From positions 150,238 through 214,237 of the IMG/VR virus record IMGVR_UViG_3300047548_001122: DNA of 64,000 nucleotides, one strand, 5' to 3'. How positions within the stretch are numbered: the first letter of the stretch is position 1; the number at the start of each line of letters is the position of its first letter. The position numbers were made by a program, and so were the translations under genes. Below, piece after piece: positions 57,370 through 64,000 of the stretch. The notes under the pieces are model-generated. The model saw only the letters and a program-made list of their open reading frames with translations. It searched no databases and was not told the DNA's origin.

Positions 57370-57609
57370 ATGAATGAAAAAATAAAACAATTGGCAGAGA
57401 AAGCAGGTTTCCATCTATGGGAAAATGAACCGTGGAAACCAGAAGGTGCTGTTGTTGATTGGTCATGTAATTATGATTCTGAATTGGAAAAATTTGCTGA
57501 GTTGATTATTCGTGAATGTGGCTTATCGTTGAATCCTATGTTGCGTGATATGATTAGTCGTGGACATGCATACGATTTAATTAAACAAAATTTTGATATT
57601 GAAACGTGA
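57370..57609 (+). CDS. MNE(R/K)I..FAELIIxEC family small protein
   Basis: Paralog of 60991, 61570 and 62601. Confidence 0.65.
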   Translation: MNEKIKQLAEKAGFHLWENEPWKPEGAVVDWSCNYDSELEKFAELIIRECGLSLNPMLRDMISRGHAYDLIKQNFDIET

Positions 57610-57616
57610 GTAATGA

Positions 57617-58213
57617 ATGTTTATTTTTGATGTAGAAACCCTTGGCAAGCAATCTCATTCAGTGATTCTATCGATGGCATGTATCTATTTTAATCCTGAT
57701 GAAGATATAAATTTTCGTGAATTAAAAGAATCGGCCTTCTTTGCAAAGTTTGACGCTGAAGATCAGATAAAGAGATTGAATCGTAAAGCAGGAAAATCCA
57801 CCATTGAATGGTGGGCAAAGCAATGTGATAATGTACGAAACAAATCATTCAAGCCATCAAGTATCGATGAAAAATTTGAAGATGGTTATGAGCGTATGCG
57901 TGAATGGGTAAAATCCAAAAACGATACAAAATGTTGGGTTTGGGCTCGAGGCAATTTAGATCAGTTGGTTATGGATGATATTGAAGAATCTATTGGCCTC
58001 GAGCCAATTTTTCCTTATGCTCGATGGCGTGATGTGAGAACTGCTATCGATTTTCTTTATGGCACAATGAATGGTTACGTTGAAGTTGATGTACCGCCAT
58101 GGGTTGAAGAGTTTGATCCACAATTACATATAACCAAACATGATCCAGTTGATGATTGTGTTTTTGATGCGATGATGCTAAAATATGGAAAAACACAAAT
58201 TCGGGATGAATGA
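57617..58213 (+). CDS. DEDDh 3'-5' exonuclease (DexA-like)
   Basis: FDVETLG, WARGNLD, RDVRT, HDPVDDC. Confidence 0.85.
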   Translation: MFIFDVETLGKQSHSVILSMACIYFNPDEDINFRELKESAFFAKFDAEDQIKRLNRKAGKSTIEWWAKQCDNVRNKSFKPSSIDEKFEDGYERMREWVKSKNDTKCWVWARGNLDQLVMDDIEESIGLEPIFPYARWRDVRTAIDFLYGTMNGYVEVDVPPWVEEFDPQLHITKHDPVDDCVFDAMMLKYGKTQIRDE

Positions 58214-58784
58214 AAAAATATTCATTATAGCTGGCAATTATAATGAATATAAAGATTGGGTGCAAAAAAACATGGCGCGCCTATATTCAGAAAATAATTC
58301 AATCAGTTTATCAAATTTTGTTTATGTTGATAGTATCGATAGACTTCGCGGCCGAAAAGAGGTGCATGGGTTTTTTATTGGGTCGTATGAAAATAGAGCC
58401 GACTATCGAAAGATAAAAGCTTATATTGAGATAGTAAATTCTGTAAACAAAGTAATAAAAAATGATCTTGCTGACCCCGATGATGTAAAAGCAGTCGTTA
58501 AAAAAATAAATGGCGGAAGCTTATACGGCACAATTCCAAGTGGTAACGCAGCACCCTATACAAAATTTAACGAAACAAGGTTTTGTCCCGTAGTCGTTTA
58601 TCATCAAAATAAAATAATAGATTCAAAAACTTGGGATGAAGAATTGTGGGTAGAACGAGGTGAAGATTATTATGGTTTAATGAGCTCACAATTGGTAAAT
58701 AAAAAAGTTAGGGTAATTGACCGTGAAGAGTGGTTAAAATCACCAGTGATAGTTAAAGATATAAACTATGTTGACAGGAGTTAA
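58207..58784 (+). CDS. Hypothetical protein
   Basis: ORF in operon; start uncertain. Confidence 0.5.
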
Positions 58785-58789
58785 AAAGT

Positions 58790-59200
58790 ATGTTAGAATG
58801 TTTAATAGTGGGTGACAGTATTGCTGTCGGTGTTTCACAAGTAAGGCCTGAGTGTCAAGCAATCGCTAAGAGTGGTATTAATTCCTCGAATTGGAATAAA
58901 CTTCATTTACACAAATTAAAACCCACAAAAACTTTAATTATTAGTTTAGGTGCCAATGATTTGGGTATTAATACTGAAGGTAATATTCGTTCGTTGAGAA
59001 CAATGGCAAATGCTGAAAAAGTATTTTGGTTGTTACCTAGTCAAAAACTAAAACCGAAACAAGTTGAAGCTGTGAAACAAGTTGCATCAGAATTTGGTGA
59101 TACAGTAATACCACGACCAGAAAAAGATATTTCTGGTGATGGTGTTCACCCAACCTATAAAGGTTATAAAGTTTTAGCTGAACAAACTAAGGAACATTAA
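58790..59200 (+). CDS. SGNH/GDSL hydrolase
   Basis: GDSI, LGAND, DGVHP. Confidence 0.85.
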   Translation: MLECLIVGDSIAVGVSQVRPECQAIAKSGINSSNWNKLHLHKLKPTKTLIISLGANDLGINTEGNIRSLRTMANAEKVFWLLPSQKLKPKQVEAVKQVASEFGDTVIPRPEKDISGDGVHPTYKGYKVLAEQTKEH

Positions 59201-59385
59201 TGAAAATTTTAACTACTACAACCTTTGGTCGTCCTGTATCCTTTAACTGTGCTTTGATTAGTCGAGTTGAAGAACACGTTTCAGAAAATCAAAAAACCTG
59301 GATTTATACTGGCAATGAAATGTTGGGCATTATCATTGATATGTCTTACCTTGAAGTTGTGGGATTTTTGAAAGCAATCGAATGA
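59200..59385 (+). CDS. Hypothetical protein
   Basis: Coupled ORF. Confidence 0.5.
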   Translation: MKILTTTTFGRPVSFNCALISRVEEHVSENQKTWIYTGNEMLGIIIDMSYLEVVGFLKAIE

Positions 59386-59597
59386 ACATGATATGGAAAA
59401 CTTTAGCGCCGTATAAAAAAGTTTATTATGATGAATCTAGTGGCCTTATTTTTGGTATAGTTCTATATAATGTATCTGATGGTACAGCTCAAGGATATTA
59501 TAATAATAAACTTATTGGTGATTTTATATCTGAAGATAAAGCAAAAAATGCCGTTGAGAATCACCATGCAGTTGAATTAATGGAATATCCACAATGA
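59382..59597 (+). CDS. Hypothetical protein (paralog-like of next ORF)
   Basis: W..YY..G.I.G..LG.(F/Y)I..AK.AV shared with 59594. Confidence 0.55.
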   Translation: MNMIWKTLAPYKKVYYDESSGLIFGIVLYNVSDGTAQGYYNNKLIGDFISEDKAKNAVENHHAVELMEYPQ

Positions 59598-59842
59598 AAG
59601 AATATAAGTGGGAACGCCATCGTGATAATTATTATTACTATGAGATCGATACTGGCAAAATTCGTGGACTTGCATCGAAGATAGCCTTGAGTGAAATTTG
59701 GATCGGACTCATATACATTGGTGACATGTCATATACGATTAATGATGAAAAACATTTAGGTCAGTATATTACAATGGAATTTGCAAAAGAGGCAGTACAA
59801 AGATTTTGGGACATTCAAAATAGGACTTTACTCGAGCAATGA
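59594..59842 (+). CDS. Hypothetical protein
   Basis: Coupled ORF; same motif as 59382. Confidence 0.55.
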   Translation: MKEYKWERHRDNYYYYEIDTGKIRGLASKIALSEIWIGLIYIGDMSYTINDEKHLGQYITMEFAKEAVQRFWDIQNRTLLEQ

Positions 59843-60021
59843 AAAATTTTTTAAGGACCACACTACCATTAATTATAATCGGTATATTGGTAATAATGTT
59901 TTTAATTTTTATGCCGCAACCTAAACAGCAGGTTGTAAATTGTAGTCTGGTGGAAATATCGCCTGATTTTACAGCCGAACACCGCAAGGAGTGTAGAATG
60001 ATACGAGGCACAAAACTATGA
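59839..60021 (+). CDS. Small membrane-anchored protein
   Basis: TM + CSLVEISPD..ECR. Confidence 0.55.
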   Translation: MKNFLRTTLPLIIIGILVIMFLIFMPQPKQQVVNCSLVEISPDFTAEHRKECRMIRGTKL

Positions 60022-60206
60022 AATTCTTTTCAAGTCCGTTGAATTGGTTGATCGCCTTTGTGGGATTATTGTGTATTGCATTGGTGTTCATTATGATGCG
60101 AAACCTGGATTATCGTACCGAACAATGCACTGAGAAAAAAGGTACAATGGTAAGAACGTTAGAAGGTTGGCGATGCCTTGATGTGCGAGAATTGAAACTA
60201 GATTAA
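60018..60206 (+). CDS. Small membrane-anchored protein
   Basis: TM + C..KGTMVR..C. Confidence 0.55.
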   Translation: MKFFSSPLNWLIAFVGLLCIALVFIMMRNLDYRTEQCTEKKGTMVRTLEGWRCLDVRELKLD

Positions 60207-60388
60207 TCGATCAAATAGTCTTTGAATGTACAGGATGCGGTGATTTTGCTATTTTTAAGTTTTAGTGTTTCTTTGGCAGCATCCATTTCACGGGTACATT
60301 CCGCTTCGGTTTTATAGGTGTTGAAGATTGAACCCATATGTTTATGGGGTGGTGTAGAGGTGAGGACGACAATAAGTAATAACCACAT
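60203..60388 (-). CDS. Small exported protein under a late promoter
   Basis: Exact TATAAATA (60394-60401, minus strand) 5 nt before ATG; MWLLLIVV..EC..ITASC. Confidence 0.55.
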   Translation of the reverse strand: MWLLLIVVLTSTPPHKHMGSIFNTYKTEAECTREMDAAKETLKLKNSKITASCTFKDYLID

Positions 60389-60575
60389 ATGGGTATTTAT
60401 AAAGGCGAATAAAATTGAAAGAATATACTGCATTATCGGACAGTGATAAGTATGAGTTGATAAATGAGTTTTTCAAGACTACGCCAGGTTTACCAAACCC
60501 TGACAATCAGCCTATGATCGTGAAAACTCTGTTTAAATTTTTTCTGTATAGTAAAGGGTATGAGGTGCCCAAATA

Positions 60576-60752
60576 ATGTGGACTTTAATTGTAATGCTTC
60601 ATGCGGTATCTCCAGATATACCGCCATCAAAGGGTTCTATACTGTTACCTACAAAAGGGTATGAGGAATGTTTACAGTCTAGGGATTCTGTAATCAAAGG
60701 GTGGGGGTCGAATATGTATAGAGTAACGGCTAATTGTATTAGGATGAAATGA
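60576..60752 (+). CDS. Small exported protein, similar to 60203-60388
   Basis: Hand translation MWTLIVML..GSI..EEC..VTANC; GAGG SD. Confidence 0.55.
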   Translation: MWTLIVMLHAVSPDIPPSKGSILLPTKGYEECLQSRDSVIKGWGSNMYRVTANCIRMK

Positions 60753-60994
60753 TGAATAAAATTTTATATAAGACGGTGAAGGTTATCTATAACGCTCACG
60801 TTAAATGTTATGATGTTTATTATCGGAACTGGTTTACTTGGCACTTGGACGAGAGGTATTGGTATGATGAAGATCCGAGGCACCCTGTGCATCATAAGAG
60901 TAAGGAACAAGCCAAAAACCGAGCGATTGAACGAGCTGAGTCTTTACTGAATACGGTAGAAGTTTTTCGAAAATCGAATGTATTTTATTATTGA
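60749..60994 (+). CDS. Hypothetical protein
   Basis: Coupled ORF. Confidence 0.5.
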   Translation: MMNKILYKTVKVIYNAHVKCYDVYYRNWFTWHLDERYWYDEDPRHPVHHKSKEQAKNRAIERAESLLNTVEVFRKSNVFYY

Positions 60995-61188
60995 TGAATA
61001 AGAAAATTGAAGAGATTATGCGGAATCATGGGTTGCACAAGAATATATCCCAGGACTGCCAGCATCGTATGGAGATGTTATCTGAGCTGATAGTTCGGGA
61101 ATGTGCTAGCGTAGCGCATACCTGTATAGATGACGAGTGGTTTGATGTAGGTGGTGCGATACTGGATCATTTTGGTGTGAAGAAATGA
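60991..61188 (+). CDS. MNE(R/K)I..ELIVREC family small protein
   Basis: ELIVRECA..HFGV. Confidence 0.6.
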   Translation: MMNKKIEEIMRNHGLHKNISQDCQHRMEMLSELIVRECASVAHTCIDDEWFDVGGAILDHFGVKK

Positions 61189-61448
61189 ATGAACTCCTGG
61201 TGATACTACAGGAAGAATGTGCCGAGGTTTCTCAAGCAATCTCCAAGATACACCGATTCGGTATGGAGGCACAAAACCCTGAGACTAGGGAGCATAATAT
61301 TGATGCCTTGCATAAAGAGGTGGGAGATTTACTTTGCATGGTTGAACTTTGCATTGAAAAAGGTATATTTTCGGAAGAAGAGTTATTCCTGTATACCGCC
61401 ATGAAACGAGAAAAACTCAAAAAATGGTCAAATATTCCTATAGATTAA
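61185..61448 (+). CDS. MazG-like NTP pyrophosphohydrolase
   Basis: LQEECAEV.QAISK..RFG..EVGDL. Confidence 0.75.
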   Translation: MNELLVILQEECAEVSQAISKIHRFGMEAQNPETREHNIDALHKEVGDLLCMVELCIEKGIFSEEELFLYTAMKREKLKKWSNIPID

Positions 61449-61569
61449 TTTTCCTCCTACTACTCTTCGGATGTACCAATCCTACCACAATCCGAGTAAT
61501 CAGCGTTTCCGACGGTTCTAATGACCACTGTATAAAGAATAACCATATAGTCTGCGAGTATAGTACAAA

Positions 61570-61788
61570 ATGAATGAACGAATTCAATCCTTAGCCGAAG
61601 AATCCGAATTTTCACTGAAAGACCTACACCTACAGAACGATAATTTTCAACGATTCGCCGAACTCCTCATTCGAGAATGTATAGAGGTTATACGTAAAGC
61701 CGAGAGAACGCCGCCAGGGTTTTTCTATGCCAAGGGTGCCAATATCCTTGAAGTGGAAATTTATAAACATTTTGGAGTTGAAAAATGA
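61570..61788 (+). CDS. MNERI..FAELLIREC family small protein
   Basis: Paralog motif, ends HFGVEK. Confidence 0.65.
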   Translation: MNERIQSLAEESEFSLKDLHLQNDNFQRFAELLIRECIEVIRKAERTPPGFFYAKGANILEVEIYKHFGVEK

Positions 61789-61954
61789 TACAAATGCGAT
61801 GGTATGCTACAGTAAATAGACCCGAACCGAGACTGCAATATCGTCAACAATATGATGTTACTATTCGTGCAGGGCTAAACTGGTCAAATGAAGAACTGGC
61901 TAGAACTGCAAAATATGAGTGGTCAGATTGGATGGATGTACCTATGGTGAAAGA

Positions 61955-62116
61955 ATGATGATGACAGAATTTGAACAAGATTGTATGCATTTTCATGGTA
62001 AAGTACTCACCGGTAAGTATAAGCATTATTGTTCGGACTTCGATTATTTACCTATAGATGAAACCTGTACCGAATTTGAATATTGCCTTTGCGAATGGGA
62101 GAATGATGACCAATGA
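61955..62116 (+). CDS. Cys-rich hypothetical protein
   Basis: HYCSDFDYLPIDETC.EF..C.C. Confidence 0.5.
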   Translation: MMMTEFEQDCMHFHGKVLTGKYKHYCSDFDYLPIDETCTEFEYCLCEWENDDQ

Positions 62117-62600
62117 TTACATATAATATAGCACCCCGTGAGATACAGGAAGCCATTGATAAAGCGGCCTATTTCCTGTTAGAATCAAAGAAAGCAGGTA
62201 TTGCATATGGTACGGCGATTACAGAAAAACACCTAGAAAACCTGTATAAACTACAGATGACCGTCCTGAGTAGAGTAGATTCAAAATAACCATGAATATA
62301 TTTAAACACATATATTGGGCGGTTCGATACGGTGACTGGGATTGTGGTTGGGAACTGTATGATGGAAAACCCATGTTAAATGTATTCCATTTCTGGTATG
62401 ACGGCCATTGGACGGGGTTTCACCTTTATAAGTTATGGGTTTCGGTGCATTACTGATGAAAGGTCCCCGAGAATTAAAAAATTATGTGGCTAGACACCGA
62501 AAACACCTGAAGGCCATACACTGGGACAGTCTATTGATATTTAAACTTGAACGGTGTAAAAAGTGGTTTAAACGAAATAAACGAGTGGATTGGAAAGATG

Positions 62601-62822
62601 ATGAATGAACGAATTGGAGAACTTTGGGACAAGGCTGCGGAAGGTACGATGGACTACTCTTGGGAAAGTCAAACTAAATTTATGGAGAGATTTGCTGAGT
62701 TGATTATCCAAGATTGTATCTATACTATACAGATGAAGATACCGAGAAATGGAAAAACACCAGAAAACCTTCGTAGTTATGAACATGTAAGAGATATCCG
62801 AGAACGATTTGGAGTAGAATAA
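62601..62822 (+). CDS. MNERI..FAELIIQDC family small protein
   Basis: Paralog motif, ends RFGVE. Confidence 0.65.
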   Translation: MNERIGELWDKAAEGTMDYSWESQTKFMERFAELIIQDCIYTIQMKIPRNGKTPENLRSYEHVRDIRERFGVE

Positions 62823-63140
62823 TGCCTAGATTTATTGTTGACCTCTGGCTAGATGGGTATGAAACCGAAGAAGATATGATAGAAGCCTGTGAGGATTTTA
62901 TCTATGAGCAATTAAACATGACATCCAGCTCCGTAACAATTACTCTATTGGAGGATGTGGAATGAAAGAACATTTTAAAAAACAAATTGAAGATGGTGCG
63001 ACCGACATGTTTTTTTATGCTATGGAAGACAATGATGGTAATTTAAAGATTGACCGCCATCGTGGTACAATCGATACAATTCCCACTATGGAATATCTAA
63101 GACACCTCACCGATGGAATTCCACTATTCAAGAAAATCTG

Positions 63141-63326
63141 ATGAACAAAATAATCAAAGTATCCCATAATGATACACAAATAGCCGTTACCGTACAGACC
63201 ATTCAAGGGTATGAGATCCACCTGTATAATGAGAATGGGTACGTAGAACTCCATAGTAAAGCCGATGATATAGACACCGCACTAGAATACCACCAGTACC
63301 TATGCGAAAAGTGTAGTATGAAATAA
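63141..63326 (+). CDS. Hypothetical protein
   Basis: ORF in early region. Confidence 0.5.
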   Translation: MNKIIKVSHNDTQIAVTVQTIQGYEIHLYNENGYVELHSKADDIDTALEYHQYLCEKCSMK

Positions 63327-63349
63327 CCATTCTGCGGATCATTGGTTTT

Positions 63350-63393
63350 ACAGAATATCCTACTGTAGAATAGAGTATAACAGAATATCCTAC
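63350..63393 (+). repeat. Direct repeat ACAGAATATCCTAC x2 (30-bp period)
   Basis: Copies at 63350-63363 and 63380-63393 in non-coding DNA. Confidence 0.7.
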
Positions 63394-63538
63394 CGTGGTG
63401 ATGTACTGGATATGCTGCGCGAACGCACTACCTATAGACCATTGAAAACCAGAGCTTTCCTTTAAAAAGACGACCGTACTAAAATTCGAACGGTTTTCCC
63501 AGGTTTCCTAATGTTGTCACTCTGATAACCATTCTGGC

Positions 63539-63566
63539 TTGCCATTTTACGTGGTTGTGTTATACT
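63539..63566 (+). promoter_or_regulatory. Sigma70-type early promoter
   Basis: TTGCCA-16bp-TATACT with TG extension. Confidence 0.6.
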
Positions 63567-63604
63567 GTAACCGTGGTAGAGGTTCTTAAAAAAAGGAGAA
63601 TACC

Positions 63605-63799
63605 ATGTCAGAAATGCAACTATCTGGACCCCTTTTCAAAGTGACAATGACCGAGTATGAGCGTGGTTATGGCCAGCGTGAAATGGGCGTTAAGTTTTTT
63701 ACAACGGAATTCGAAGCTAAAGAATTTTGTTTCAATTATAACAACCCTCCTGGCGACCCCGATTGTTTCTACCGTGCAAGTTATCAAAAAGTAAACTAA
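63605..63799 (+). CDS. Hypothetical protein
   Basis: AGGAG SD; EYERGYGQR motif. Confidence 0.65.
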   Translation: MSEMQLSGPLFKVTMTEYERGYGQREMGVKFFTTEFEAKEFCFNYNNPPGDPDCFYRASYQKVN

Positions 63800-63807
63800 A
63801 ATAATGC

Positions 63808-63835
63808 TTGCCATCCTGGCCATTACCTGTATACT
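63808..63835 (+). promoter_or_regulatory. Sigma70-type early promoter
   Basis: TTGCCA-16bp-TATACT. Confidence 0.6.
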
Positions 63836-63841
63836 ATAGGC

Positions 63842-64000
63842 ATGGTTAAGAGAAAAGATAAATTCGATATAAGTGAGGCCTGCGGTTGGGTCGGTATGTT
63901 ACTGATCCACGCTGCGACCCTTCCTACTAGTCTGGGTGTGATTCTGGGATATAGTGATAAACTGCCACCACTGAGCATGGTTCTGATGGTCTGGAGTGGT
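63842..64000 (+). CDS. Membrane protein (3'-truncated by window end)
   Basis: Hand translation MVKRKDKFDISEACGWVGMLLIHAATLP..; open to window end. Confidence 0.55.
   Translation, partial: MVKRKDKFDISEACGWVGMLLIHAATLPTSLGVILGYSDKLPPLSMVLMVWSG

Noticed and set aside
61449-61569. tRNA or ncRNA in the intergenic gap
   Set aside because: No cloverleaf, T-loop or convincing stem was found by eye.
409-63823. Numerous short antisense or alternative-frame ORFs in the track (e.g. 9593-9964, 14615-14938, 22369-22899, 25020-25475, 42698-43120)
   Set aside because: They shadow well-supported genes and show no SD or recognisable motifs.
1-64000. Alternative genetic code (stop-codon reassignment)
   Set aside because: Core genes are full length under the standard code, and TAA, TAG and TGA all terminate genes.

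Overview
This is a 64-kb segment of an AT-rich, large T4-like (Tevenvirinae-related) dsDNA phage genome. The host is most plausibly a freshwater Gram-negative proteobacterium, probably Betaproteobacteria; this is inferred from the IscU/IscA/PstS sequence style and the spanins. Left to right it holds: (1) the replication module (AAA ATPase, gp62, regA, hsp20 with a ROSE-like thermometer, dCMP deaminase, gp43, uvsX, gp41); (2) a late region with a nuclease-like gene, a ligase-like protein, iscU and a 7-gene glycosylation cluster; (3) several large acidic/basic proteins; (4) a lysis module (spanins, GH19 endolysin, holin-like proteins); (5) LamG/Ig adhesin genes; (6) gp61, thyX, nrdA/nrdB, pstS plus a porin, iscA, nucleases and phoH; and (7) a run of small early genes. 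The most striking signal is a set of ORFs built as strings of small unrelated modules separated by a repeated K-E-E-V-E-x(0-1)-[LV]-[DEQ]-E linker that is also conserved as DNA. Three ORFs start with a T4-type capsid-targeting peptide (MKxxxF[LI]xE). This suggests a protease-processed, head-packaged 'cargo polyprotein' system delivering a HicA toxin domain, a P-loop kinase, a nucleotidyltransferase, a ligase-like enzyme and many unknown peptides. No tRNA, rRNA or CRISPR array was seen. All family assignments come from motif recognition by eye; no database search was run.
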